Source of the DNA: Candidatus Tayloriibacteriota bacterium
Lineage (GTDB): Bacteria > Patescibacteriota > Minisyncoccia > Phycocordibacterales > PALSA-1337
NCBI GenBank assembly: GCA_003151615.1
Contig: PLXZ01000003.1
Span: 3,545 to 67,544, forward strand
DNA: 64,000 nt
Direction of reading: 5' to 3'
The notes under the pieces were generated by a model. It ran no database searches. It was not told where the DNA came from and worked only from the letters and a program-made list of their open reading frames with translations. Positions 37,977-47,204 of the stretch are shown here, in pieces. A program made the translations under genes and the position numbers. Numbering within the stretch: the stretch's first letter is position 1; every line of letters begins with the position of its first letter.

Positions 37977-38255
37977 TTATTGCACCGAAGAAGACTGGCT
38001 TGCCGCCGCTGAATCCTGATCCATTGCCGCAGATTGTCCGGAAACAACCGACATGTCGGAATTGAGAGCCGCATCCGAATCATCCGACGATGAGGTCGTC
38101 AGTCCTGAAACGGGAGCATTCGAAGGAGAATTTTCAGTTAGAGGCGCGCTCACCGGAGCGACAACAGGCGAAGTCGTCCCGAAAAAACACCACGCGATGA
38201 GGCCGACCGCAATGATAACTACAATCCATAATATTATTTTTGAGCTTTTTGACAT
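37977..38255 (-). CDS. Small hypothetical membrane-anchored protein
   Basis: 92 aa with an N-terminal TM helix and a Ser/Asp-rich tail that also ends ...SSVQ. The last ~17 nt are nearly identical to the end of the 36989..37942 gene. Confidence 0.45.
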   Translation of the reverse strand: MSKSSKIILWIVVIIAVGLIAWCFFGTTSPVVAPVSAPLTENSPSNAPVSGLTTSSSDDSDAALNSDMSVVSGQSAAMDQDSAAASQSSSVQ

Positions 38256-38323
38256 ATGTTTAAAGTTTTAAAACGCTAATCTGATATGCCTTAAGTATAC
38301 ACCCAAGAGGTTTTTAGGAAAAA

Positions 38324-39526
38324 CTACCCAAACGTAAACGTGTACGCGTCGAGGCCCGAGCCTTGAACGTCAATTTCAACCGTGTGCTGGCCGTAGACTG
38401 TGCTTTGAATCAAATTATAAAGTTTGTTCGCCTGAATTGTCATCGTTCCCTGCGATTTGCCGTCAAGGATGATGTTTATTTTCACGCCGTTTGGTGCAAC
38501 CACGCTGTTTGCCGCCGCAACAAAATACATATTTTTCGCACTATATGTATAGAAAATTTTTGAAGTGGTGCCAACGCTCTCCGCATACTGGTCGGCGAAA
38601 TTCCATGTACCAGAAAGATAGAGCGAATTCGGTTGGATACTCGACAATGTCGGCGCGGTCAAAGTCTGCTCGCCGGCCGCTCCCTGCGTTCCATTTGCCA
38701 AATATTCGTTTCGAGCCGCACCGAAATATGTTTCCGGACTCTGCACATCGTTTGCATCCACGCTGACCGCAGCCGAAGGATTGACGAGACCTGTCGGAAC
38801 ATTATCAGGCAAGCCCAAAACCTGATCGCGCTGTTTAAGTGCGGCCTGAATTTCCTCTTCCGTTTGCGCATAATTTCCTTCACCAATTCCCTGGTCAACC
38901 ACAAAACCGTCGATATTGATCAGATAATGCGCGGGCCAATATCGATTATTGTATGCGTTCCATGTACCCATGTCGCTGTCAAGCACCACAGGATATTGTA
39001 TGCCGTATTGCAAAACCGCCGCAGCCACGTTCGAATAGACTTTTTCAAAATCAAATTCCGGAGTGTGTACGCCGACAATTTCCAATCCGTAATTTTTATA
39101 CTTCTGATACCAGGCATTCAGATATGGAATCGTACGCTCGCAATTGATACAGCTGTAAGTCCAAAAATCGAGAAGGACGACTTTGTTTCCGGCAAATTGT
39201 GAAAGCGCGAACGGAGCGGAGCTTGAAGCATTCGGGCTGTTGATGAAGCCCGTCGGATCGACGATTTCCTTCGCCATTTGATACTGTTGGGATTCTTGCG
39301 CCACACGTGAGCTATTTTGCGCGGCTGTTTCAGGAACAACAGGTGCAGTCGAAGTTGAAGTCGCAACCGAACCAGGCAAAGTGATTCCATCAGTCGACGT
39401 CGCGTACGACACCACCACATTTTGAATCGACCCCGGAGCGACATGCGGCTTGTTCACTTCTAAATACACGATCACGGCGATGATGACAATGACGATGCCG
39501 ATTTGAGTTATTTTTTTTGGGTTCAT
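38324..39526 (-). CDS. Thioredoxin-like (TlpA/ResA-type redoxin) protein with large C-terminal extension, DipZ C-terminal-like
   Basis: An N-terminal anchor, the redoxin motif DFWTYSCINCERTIPYL (CxxC), and a C-terminal domain of ~180 aa. It is adjacent to ccdA. Confidence 0.75.
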   Translation of the reverse strand: MNPKKITQIGIVIVIIAVIVYLEVNKPHVAPGSIQNVVVSYATSTDGITLPGSVATSTSTAPVVPETAAQNSSRVAQESQQYQMAKEIVDPTGFINSPNASSSAPFALSQFAGNKVVLLDFWTYSCINCERTIPYLNAWYQKYKNYGLEIVGVHTPEFDFEKVYSNVAAAVLQYGIQYPVVLDSDMGTWNAYNNRYWPAHYLINIDGFVVDQGIGEGNYAQTEEEIQAALKQRDQVLGLPDNVPTGLVNPSAAVSVDANDVQSPETYFGAARNEYLANGTQGAAGEQTLTAPTLSSIQPNSLYLSGTWNFADQYAESVGTTSKIFYTYSAKNMYFVAAANSVVAPNGVKINIILDGKSQGTMTIQANKLYNLIQSTVYGQHTVEIDVQGSGLDAYTFTFG

Positions 39527-39531
39527 AATTT

Positions 39532-40344
39532 TTATTTATTTAAATTGATGGAGCTGTCAGCAGGCTTCTTGATCGCAGTCGAAGCAAGATACGACAAGAA
39601 TCCGGGAATGATCGGCAAGATACACGGACTCAAAAACGAACCGAGACCGGCGATGAAAGCGATTCCCGCATTGACGAGATTGAGCGAACTAATGTCACCT
39701 CCGGCATTTGTGCCGAAATTGAGACGGTCGAGAGCCATCGCCAAAAACTGAAAATTCGCAATTTTTGAAAGATCGCCCGTGAAAATAAATATACCAATCA
39801 AAACAAGGAGTGCGCCAAAGAAATATTCAAAATATTTGAGCCATTTCCCCGCTTTATTAATAAGCCTCTCCGCCTGCGTCGTAAACAATCCGACGAGCAA
39901 AAACGGGATGCCGATGCCAAGCGTGTATGAAAACAGCAACAAAAATGCGCTGACTGCTTGTGTGGCCGCAAGCGCAATGATAGCCCCAAGGGCGGCCGAA
40001 ACGCACGGCGTCCAGCCCACCGCGAATGCCGCGCCGAAAACAAATGACGTCGCATAATATGAACCAAAGCGTTTTTTGACGCTGACCGCATGCGTGCGCT
40101 CCAGAAATTTAGGTTTGATAACGCCGAGCAGGAAAAGCCCGAATAAAATAATGATTGCCCCGCCGACATAACCAAGTACCGATTCGACCGTTGCATTCGC
40201 ATGCGCGAAAACCGTCTGAAGCAAAACGCCGACCAACGAGAAAACGACCGAGAAACCGAGTACAAAAAAGACGCTGCTCAAAAATATGCGCCAATCGCGT
40301 TTTTGTTTTTGGGGATGGTTTTGCAAAGGGTTTACAGCTTCCAT
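39532..40344 (-). CDS. ccdA: Cytochrome c-type biogenesis protein CcdA (DsbD transmembrane domain family)
   Basis: 6-8 TM helices with paired cysteines in TM helices (LSPCILP; GWTPCVSA). Confidence 0.85.
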   Translation of the reverse strand: MEAVNPLQNHPQKQKRDWRIFLSSVFFVLGFSVVFSLVGVLLQTVFAHANATVESVLGYVGGAIIILFGLFLLGVIKPKFLERTHAVSVKKRFGSYYATSFVFGAAFAVGWTPCVSAALGAIIALAATQAVSAFLLLFSYTLGIGIPFLLVGLFTTQAERLINKAGKWLKYFEYFFGALLVLIGIFIFTGDLSKIANFQFLAMALDRLNFGTNAGGDISSLNLVNAGIAFIAGLGSFLSPCILPIIPGFLSYLASTAIKKPADSSINLNK

Positions 40345-40365
40345 AGTTCCGAAATTATATCACAA

Positions 40366-41580
40366 TCATTTGAACTCGAACACGACAATTTCCGATTTCG
40401 TGCCGACGCGCAATGGCGGTCCCCAGGTGCCGACGCCACTCGATGTATAGACCTGCATTTTTCCGCGCTCATGCAGACCGTAGTTGTAGCCGGGAAAAAC
40501 AAGCCATGCCAACCAGGTCGCCGGCCAGACCTGTCCACGATGGGTATGTCCGGAAATCTGAAGTGACATGCCGGCCTTTACCGCAACATCCAGATCTTTA
40601 GGCTCATGCTTGAGCAGAATTGACGGTCGCGGCGAAGTGCCGGAAAAATGCGGGGCGAGGCGCGACAAGACTTTCGAAAATTTTTCGGCGGTATCGGTGT
40701 GTGCATGGTCAACTCCGGCAATGGCCATCCCATCGACCACGACAACTTCATCTTCCAGGACGCGCAACCCGGGAATATTTTTAACCGCGTTCAGACAGCG
40801 TAGTGCACCGATCTCCGAAAATTCTTCGTGATTTCCCATGACAAAATAAACACCATCGGAAATAACGTGCGGCGTCCGCAATCCGGTCGTTGGCGCGCAC
40901 AAATCCCGCAACGGAGCAATCGCCGCATTTTCATCAATTTTCACTCCATCAAAAAGGTCACCGCCGATGAAGACCAAATCCGGCTTTAACTCCTGAATTT
41001 TCTTGACGGTCTTCTCCAAAAATTTCGGTCCCCGGACGTGGCCGAGATGAAGGTCGCTGACCCATACTGCTTTTTTTCCTTTCCATGATTGGGGCAGATT
41101 TAATAATTTGACCGAAACCTTTGTCACAACGGTTCTTCCCGCATGAATGACGCCGTAAACACCGACTGCCAACGCGACAACAAACAGCATGAAGCCGATT
41201 TTTGAAAATATGAATGCGTGGCTGTGAAGCGGAAGACCGACAATCGAGCCTCGTTCAAGAAACGAATTATTGAAAAAAATGAGCGCGCCGTAGGCAAACG
41301 CCGCGAAAAAGAAATACATCAGAAATCCCGTCCAAACCGCCGAAACTCGGTACGCGATTTTGGTCAAAATATTCCGCGAATAAAACGAAAGGAACGTCAT
41401 GGTTGTAAAACTGAGCGTCAGCACGAGGAAAATAATGCGCAGAGTCACGATGACATGCCAGGACAAAAGGCTCGGCCACAAAAGCGAAGTTATGGTTATG
41501 AGGGCTTCATATACAACAGCATGAGCAAAGCCTAAAATGCCGAGCACAACTATGGTAATGGGAACGAGGATGAAAGGCAT
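40366..41580 (-). CDS. Membrane-anchored calcineurin-like metallophosphoesterase
   Basis: An N-terminal block of ~5 TM helices, then VWVSDLHLGH, GDLFDG, GNHE and GHTH motifs. Confidence 0.8.
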   Translation of the reverse strand: MPFILVPITIVVLGILGFAHAVVYEALITITSLLWPSLLSWHVIVTLRIIFLVLTLSFTTMTFLSFYSRNILTKIAYRVSAVWTGFLMYFFFAAFAYGALIFFNNSFLERGSIVGLPLHSHAFIFSKIGFMLFVVALAVGVYGVIHAGRTVVTKVSVKLLNLPQSWKGKKAVWVSDLHLGHVRGPKFLEKTVKKIQELKPDLVFIGGDLFDGVKIDENAAIAPLRDLCAPTTGLRTPHVISDGVYFVMGNHEEFSEIGALRCLNAVKNIPGLRVLEDEVVVVDGMAIAGVDHAHTDTAEKFSKVLSRLAPHFSGTSPRPSILLKHEPKDLDVAVKAGMSLQISGHTHRGQVWPATWLAWLVFPGYNYGLHERGKMQVYTSSGVGTWGPPLRVGTKSEIVVFEFK

Positions 41581-41597
41581 AAAATGTTACGCGCCGG

Positions 41598-41996
41598 TTA
41601 ACTTTGATTCTTAATCTGATTGTCAGTCCGGCCGCGCAAAAGGTCGCGAATTTCGGTCAGGAGAATTTCTTCACGCGAAGGAATGACCGTCGGCGCAGGG
41701 GCATTTGCTTCCTTTCTCCGAAGAATATTGATAAATTTTATGGCGACAAAAATAGCGAGCGCAACGATGATGAAATCAATAGTCGCCTGCAAAAAATCAC
41801 CAAAACCGAAGGGACCGACTGCGATATTCGCCAAATTAATGTTCCCTGTCAAAAACCCGATACACGGAGTAATGATGTCGGTCACGAGAGACGTCACGAT
41901 TTTCTGGAACGCCGCGCCAATGACGACGCCGACTGCAAGATCAATGACACTCCCCTTCAGGGCAAACTGCTTGAAATCCTTGACGAAGTTTTTCAT
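41598..41996 (-). CDS. mscL: Large-conductance mechanosensitive channel
   Basis: GSVIDLAVGVVIGAAF in TM1 and the overall 132-aa architecture. Confidence 0.9.
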   Translation of the reverse strand: MKNFVKDFKQFALKGSVIDLAVGVVIGAAFQKIVTSLVTDIITPCIGFLTGNINLANIAVGPFGFGDFLQATIDFIIVALAIFVAIKFINILRRKEANAPAPTVIPSREEILLTEIRDLLRGRTDNQIKNQS

Positions 41997-42051
41997 GCGG
42001 GTATTTTAACACAAATTCGGCTGCGCACCATAAATAGTGTAAAATGGAGCC

Positions 42052-42972
42052 ATGATAACGTATTTCCAAGCGGTGATTCTCGGAGGCCTGCAGGGCGTCG
42101 CCGAATTGTTTCCGATATCGAGCCTCGGGCATAGCGTCATTCTTCCCGCATTGCTCGCTCCGATTGCCGGCTGGCACATCGATCAAGGCAATAATTTTTT
42201 TCTGATTTTTTTGGTAGCGACACACTTGGCGACGTCGATTGTTCTGTTCGGCTTTTTCTGGAAAGACTGGAAACGAATCATTTCCGGCATATTTAGCTCG
42301 ATCGCGCGGCGTTACATTGATCCGACAGATACCTATGCCCGCCTGGGTTGGCTTATTATCGTCGCAACCATTCCGGCAGGAATTTTAGGCTTATTGTTTC
42401 AGGAGTCGTTGCAGAAATTATTCGCTTCGCCGCGACTGATCGCAATTGTCTTAATAGCGAACGGATTGTTGCTTTATGGCGCGGAAGTTTTGAAACAGCG
42501 CGGCAAGAAAAGTACACCAAAAATGGAAGAATCGAAATCATTGATATCGGCCGTTGCATCGCCCGATATTGCAATCGCGCGCATCACATGGTCGCAATCG
42601 GTAAAAGTCGGCTGTGCGCAGGCTCTTGCTCTCATTCCCGGGTTCTCGCGCAGTGGTGCATCGCTTGCCGGCAGTTTGCTTGTTGGTTTGGACCACGAAG
42701 CCGCGGCACGATTCGCTTTTCTTCTGGCAACGCCGATTATTTTCGCCGCGGGTATTCTGAAACTGCCGGATCTCCTGTTGCCCGGACAGACATATCCGTT
42801 TACAACCGTTATCGGACCATTGCTCGCCGGTTCAATTGCCGCAGCCATCGGAGCATATTTTTCCGTACGATTCCTGACGCGATATTTCAAGACAAAGACA
42901 TTGAAGCCGTTCGCAATCTATTGCGTCGCCGCCGGAATAGTCGCCAGTGGATTGTTCTTACTGTTGAATTGA
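42052..42972 (+). CDS. uppP: Undecaprenyl-diphosphate phosphatase
   Basis: GVAELFPISSLGH and GFSRSGASL motifs with 8 TM helices. Confidence 0.9.
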   Translation: MITYFQAVILGGLQGVAELFPISSLGHSVILPALLAPIAGWHIDQGNNFFLIFLVATHLATSIVLFGFFWKDWKRIISGIFSSIARRYIDPTDTYARLGWLIIVATIPAGILGLLFQESLQKLFASPRLIAIVLIANGLLLYGAEVLKQRGKKSTPKMEESKSLISAVASPDIAIARITWSQSVKVGCAQALALIPGFSRSGASLAGSLLVGLDHEAAARFAFLLATPIIFAAGILKLPDLLLPGQTYPFTTVIGPLLAGSIAAAIGAYFSVRFLTRYFKTKTLKPFAIYCVAAGIVASGLFLLLN

Positions 42973-43224
42973 TTGTTTCGGACCGCTCTTGAACCAAGCC
43001 AATATAAAAAGAGCTAATGCGAGAATGAGCGAAGCAATGGCATGCTTCAAATGAATATGGGTTGAACCTGCTTCGAAACCTGGTATAAATGAAATTAGCG
43101 AACCTGCAGGCGTAATAAAATAGTAAATTGAAATTATAATAAAGATGATGCCGAGAATGATTGAACCCCAGACGATTGATTTTTTATTCATACGTGAAAT
43201 TATACTATAAAAACCGCCACCCAA
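42958..43224 (-). CDS. Small hypothetical membrane protein
   Basis: 88 aa with two TM helices. Its 3' end overlaps the uppP stop by 15 nt, in a convergent arrangement. Confidence 0.4.
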   Translation of the reverse strand: MGGGFYSIISRMNKKSIVWGSIILGIIFIIISIYYFITPAGSLISFIPGFEAGSTHIHLKHAIASLILALALFILAWFKSGPKQSIQQ

Positions 43225-43228
43225 AAAA

Positions 43229-43798
43229 CTAGTACTTTCTTACCACGCCTTTCACAACCGCGGCAATCCTGAAATCCTCCTTTGGATATATAGGCTTGTA
43301 TTTTTTATTGGCTGGTTCAAGATACGGCGATCCGTTCGGTTTCTTGCGGAAATACTTCATGGTCCAGCCGCCATCTACTTCGGCAATGACAATATCGCCG
43401 ACTTTTGGTTCGCCTTTGCGTTGGGCAATAACCAAGTCACCCTCGTGAATGCCGGCCTCTATCATAGAATCACCTTTCACTTCCAACATATAGGTTGAAT
43501 TTTTGTCCTCGACAAGATAATCATCGATATTCATGGTATCGAGAGTGTCTTCTTCGGCAACCGAAGGAAAGCCCGCTTCAACAAGACCAAGCACGGGAAC
43601 TTCCCCGAGTAGTTTGTTCGGGATGAGACGTCCGCTGGCGTCTTTACGTACAATACCCTCTTCGATCAGTTTATTGACTAATTTATAGACGGCATTTTTC
43701 GATTTGAAGCCGACCAGCTTCATAATCTCCGCATAGCTTGGCATGCGTTTGCTGTTCCGATAGAAACCGAGAATTTTATTCGTATAGTCGGTAATCAT
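43229..43798 (-). CDS. lexA: LexA repressor
   Basis: An N-terminal winged HTH and a C-terminal S24 peptidase domain with GDSM (Ser) and Lys (RKGEPKVGD) residues. A GAAC-N4-GTTC box lies upstream of the operon. Confidence 0.9.
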   Translation of the reverse strand: MITDYTNKILGFYRNSKRMPSYAEIMKLVGFKSKNAVYKLVNKLIEEGIVRKDASGRLIPNKLLGEVPVLGLVEAGFPSVAEEDTLDTMNIDDYLVEDKNSTYMLEVKGDSMIEAGIHEGDLVIAQRKGEPKVGDIVIAEVDGGWTMKYFRKKPNGSPYLEPANKKYKPIYPKEDFRIAAVVKGVVRKY

Positions 43799-43806
43799 AA
43801 AATCGA

Positions 43807-44031
43807 TTACTGGTAAGTATACTCCCTAAACACCCTCGTGAACCAGTGGGCACGTATTGGGGCCGCACGGAACGAAGACTGGCGGTTGATTCCATTCAGT
43901 TGGGAAATTAGGAACTTGTGCCGGCGTGACTCCTTCTTGTACGACTCCCCTCGTATGATTTTCAGATCAATAATCTGATTCAGTTTATTAATCTCCGCTT
44001 GCACTATTTTGCTTAATCGATATTTGCTCAT
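43807..44031 (-). CDS. Hypothetical small basic protein, co-oriented 8 nt upstream of lexA
   Basis: 74-aa ORF between the LexA box and lexA. Whether it is coding is uncertain. Confidence 0.3.
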   Translation of the reverse strand: MSKYRLSKIVQAEINKLNQIIDLKIIRGESYKKESRRHKFLISQLNGINRQSSFRAAPIRAHWFTRVFREYTYQ

Positions 44032-44102
44032 ATTTTTATATTTATTCTTATGCTTATAAAGTGAACGCTAATAATGTAATCTCTGGGCAATTTCTGTATA
44101 GA

Positions 44103-44118
44103 TATAGTATAAGTGAAC
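44103..44118. promoter_or_regulatory. Cheo-type LexA operator (SOS box)
   Basis: gtGAACaatcGTTCac is a perfect GAAC-N4-GTTC palindrome in the divergent intergenic region between the lexA operon and the alkA-like gene. Confidence 0.6.
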
Positions 44119-44172
44119 AATCGTTCACCTGCAAGGGGTCAACTGTGGATAACTAGTTTAATGGCTTAGAAC

Positions 44173-44808
44173 ATGTACAATATGGGCATGTACAGCAAAG
44201 CAAAACTCCATTTTAAGAAAGCGGATCCGAAACTGCACAAGGCTTCGCTCGAATTTGAAATTGACGATTTGACCGCGTCGGAAAACCTGTTCGAAGACAT
44301 TGTCTGGACAATTGTCGGTCAGCAGCTTTCGGGCAAAGCGGCTGACACCATTTTCAATCGTTTGCGCGAACAAGTGGCAAGCTACTCCCCCGCCTTCACG
44401 CCGGAAGCGTTGCTTGAAATGACGGACATCGAAATGCGGACGTGCGGAATTTCAGGTGGAAAATCGAGAGCGATTAAAAATCTCTGTGAAAAAATCGTGG
44501 CGGCTGAACTTGACCTCGCGGCATTGGCGCTTTTGCAGGACGAACAAGTCAAATTGGAATTGACGAAAATAAAAGGCATTGGACCGTGGACAGCCGAAAT
44601 GATACTGATGTTTTCGCTCGGCAGGACCGACGTGTTTTCGACCGGCGATTTGGGTCTGCGAAAAGGCGCGATGGCTTTATATGGACTGCGGGCATTGCCC
44701 GATGAGAAAAAATTGCTCTCGCTTGCGAAGAAGTGGTCTCCCTACCGAACCTATGCCGCGCGCGTTTTATATCGCGTTGCCGACAAAAAGAAGACGGAAA
44801 AGAGATAA
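44173..44808 (+). CDS. DNA-3-methyladenine glycosylase II family (AlkA-like, HhH-GPD)
   Basis: HhH-GPD motif (IKGIGPWTAEMILMFSLGRTDVFSTGDLGLRKG) containing the catalytic Asp. Confidence 0.8.
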   Translation: MYNMGMYSKAKLHFKKADPKLHKASLEFEIDDLTASENLFEDIVWTIVGQQLSGKAADTIFNRLREQVASYSPAFTPEALLEMTDIEMRTCGISGGKSRAIKNLCEKIVAAELDLAALALLQDEQVKLELTKIKGIGPWTAEMILMFSLGRTDVFSTGDLGLRKGAMALYGLRALPDEKKLLSLAKKWSPYRTYAARVLYRVADKKKTEKR

Positions 44809-45942
44809 CTACTGATATTGTATAAAGCTCGGTTCGGGCATGAGATTGAGAGCCGCTGAATCAGTCATGAGACCAGGACTTGGCGGAGCAATATCGTTTT
44901 TATAGAAAAGTTTCAGGCCGGTGAACTGGACCGGGTAGTCTTCGACAACTTGGCGGTAGACTTTTGTCTTTTGCGCGGGCGTGCCGAAGCCGTCCATGTC
45001 CATGACAACCTGCACCTGCGATAAAGGCATGATGTCCTGCGTATTGGTGACCATGTTTTCGGTGAATCGATGCACAACCAAAATTTTCGGCGGGATATGG
45101 TTTTCAGTCACGAGATTCGCCAGGAAATTTGCCGCAAAATTAATGTCGCTCGCATCCATCGAACCGATGACCGTTCCCGGACGTTGGCCGGGCTTCATGG
45201 AAAATTCCGGATCGAGCGCCAATTCCACGTTCGGCAGTTTCAAATACTGCGCAAGTAAAGGCACTTCAGTCTCTACATTGCTCTGGCCGACTTGAATATC
45301 TAAAATAACCAGACCATTGACCTGATTGGCGAGCGTAATTGCTTTTTCAATCTGATCGCCTGGCATGCGCAATCGGTATTTTCCATCGGCACCCGGAGCC
45401 CCTTGCGCAGTCACCGCAATATAGTCGAGAGCTGGAATGACCGGAGTTTTCGGATCTGCGGCTTGCCATTTCGAAACTTCGCCCATGAGCATACCAAGCA
45501 TGACCTGCGGCGGATTCTGCCCGAGCACGCCCAATTCGCCGGTATAAAAGTTTCCGTAATACGCGACGATGCGGTTGAACGGAAGCAAAGCGCCATAATT
45601 CGGATAGACCGTTTTTACCGGCCAAAGCGGCGGCGTGGTGGTTGCGACTGGTTTTGTCGAAGTTCCCATGATTGAAGTAGAAACTTTTTTTGTCGTTGAT
45701 GAAGTTGAAGTGCTCATGGAAACGCTTGTTGAAGCAGTGGTCGTTGCCGTTTCCATTTGAATATTCAACCACAACGGTCGCGCAATATACGCCAATTTTT
45801 CGTCGTACAAAACTTTATTCAAAATGGGCGGAGGAATGACTTTGGCCGGCGTGCTCGTTGCAACGTAATTTATCGCAGTCATATTATACTGGCCGATGCC
45901 GTAAACGATCGCACAACCGCAAACAAAAATAACTAAAATCAA
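44809..45942 (-). CDS. Hypothetical exported protein (possible glycoside-hydrolase-like TIM barrel)
   Basis: An N-terminal TM/signal and a Thr/Ser-rich linker, then a ~250-aa domain. Its family is unknown to me. Confidence 0.45.
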   Translation of the reverse strand: MILVIFVCGCAIVYGIGQYNMTAINYVATSTPAKVIPPPILNKVLYDEKLAYIARPLWLNIQMETATTTASTSVSMSTSTSSTTKKVSTSIMGTSTKPVATTTPPLWPVKTVYPNYGALLPFNRIVAYYGNFYTGELGVLGQNPPQVMLGMLMGEVSKWQAADPKTPVIPALDYIAVTAQGAPGADGKYRLRMPGDQIEKAITLANQVNGLVILDIQVGQSNVETEVPLLAQYLKLPNVELALDPEFSMKPGQRPGTVIGSMDASDINFAANFLANLVTENHIPPKILVVHRFTENMVTNTQDIMPLSQVQVVMDMDGFGTPAQKTKVYRQVVEDYPVQFTGLKLFYKNDIAPPSPGLMTDSAALNLMPEPSFIQYQ

Positions 45943-46023
45943 AAACCCTATAAAAATAGGGTGCGATGTTTTTTTCTTCGCCGCCGATTTGTTTTCCGGT
46001 TTCGTTTTAATGCCGACAGTATA

Positions 46024-46623
46024 TCACAATGGTATCGAATACTTCGCCGGATTTTTGAGGATATCCTCGAGCTCGCCGATTTTTTCGCGTACAATGAGTT
46101 CCTCGACAAAACGCATCGGATACAGAAATTCTTTTTTTCTCGTCATTTCCAAAACTTTTTCGAGGGACAACTTTATGACCTCGTTTTTCTCGCCCGGATC
46201 AAGATGTTTCTCTTTCGTTCCCTGATATCCGGTTGCAATAAAAGTATACGTAAACCATTCCAACCCCGGAGCCGGTACGCCGATATGGACCAGATGATAA
46301 TTTTTAAAAATGAGTCCCGTTTCCTCTTCCAATTCGCGGCGAGCAGCAACGTCCAAATCTTCGCCGGGATTGACCATTCCGGCCGCCAATGCAAAGCCCG
46401 GCTTGTCCCAATGCGGCTGCTGTTCGTTCACGATCACGATTTCATCGTCAATGACCGGCATGATGACGACCGTATCGTCCCTTTTTATGACTTCAAATGT
46501 TTCGGTCGAGCCGTCGAACATTTTCTGCTGCCACTGGTACGCGTCAAAACGAACACCCTTAAAAACCAGTTTGGCTTTTTCCGAATGAAGTTTTGTATGC
46601 GGTGGAAGAGGGCGTTTTTTCAT
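46024..46623 (-). CDS. NUDIX hydrolase (ADP-ribose pyrophosphatase-like)
   Basis: GMVNPGEDLDVAARRELEEETGL is a canonical Nudix box. Confidence 0.8.
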   Translation of the reverse strand: MKKRPLPPHTKLHSEKAKLVFKGVRFDAYQWQQKMFDGSTETFEVIKRDDTVVIMPVIDDEIVIVNEQQPHWDKPGFALAAGMVNPGEDLDVAARRELEEETGLIFKNYHLVHIGVPAPGLEWFTYTFIATGYQGTKEKHLDPGEKNEVIKLSLEKVLEMTRKKEFLYPMRFVEELIVREKIGELEDILKNPAKYSIPL

Positions 46624-46634
46624 GAGATTAAAAT

Positions 46635-47192
46635 TTATTCAAATCTATCAAATGTAAACCATTTCAATTCACGTACCGGAATATTATATTTGTTTTCAAT
46701 AACCCATGCGGCATTGTGGAAAACAGCATCCTTCCAATCATAACCGATGACCCTTGCTGCTTTTTTCAACGCATCCTCTGATTCTCCTTCGAGTTCAACA
46801 TACGTTGGAATCCTCGGCCACGTATCAATATCAAAGGTCACGCCATCGAGTTTAAAACTATGCCGTTTTTTCTGCTGATGCCGATAGGGATTCAAGCCGA
46901 TTTTCTGAAAAAGCAATTCCGCTTTTTTATAGTCATCGATGCCAAGCTCGATTTCGAAACTTCCACCAACCACATGCTCCCGATGTTCCTTATAACTTAA
47001 TTTTATTGTGTCTCCCATCTTTCTCAATCGAACAAAGCGGTTTTCTTTTCGCCATTTCAAATCATTGTCATATATAATGGTTTCTTCAAGCATCATTTCT
47101 CCCTCATCATGGGCGCCAAGTTCAAGAAGCTTTTTAATTAAAGCGTTTTTGTCTATTTCCAAAAAGCGACATTCAATTTCCTGGTTGGTCAT
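46635..47192 (-). CDS. CYTH-domain protein (triphosphate tunnel metalloenzyme / class IV adenylate cyclase-like)
   Basis: The N-terminal EIECRF (ExExK-type) motif and ~185-aa size fit CyaB/CYTH. Confidence 0.75.
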   Translation of the reverse strand: MTNQEIECRFLEIDKNALIKKLLELGAHDEGEMMLEETIIYDNDLKWRKENRFVRLRKMGDTIKLSYKEHREHVVGGSFEIELGIDDYKKAELLFQKIGLNPYRHQQKKRHSFKLDGVTFDIDTWPRIPTYVELEGESEDALKKAARVIGYDWKDAVFHNAAWVIENKYNIPVRELKWFTFDRFE

Positions 47193-47204
47193 ACTTGGCG
47201 ATAA

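Noticed and set aside
38633-39202. 189-aa plus-strand ORF antisense to the thioredoxin-like gene
   Set aside because: Shadow ORF with Arg/Cys-rich composition.
41604-42134. 176-aa plus-strand ORF antisense to mscL
   Set aside because: mscL is unambiguous on the minus strand.
45347-46743. ORFs 45347..45772 (-) and 45961..46743 (+)
   Set aside because: Antisense or overlapping frames of the exported-protein and NUDIX genes.
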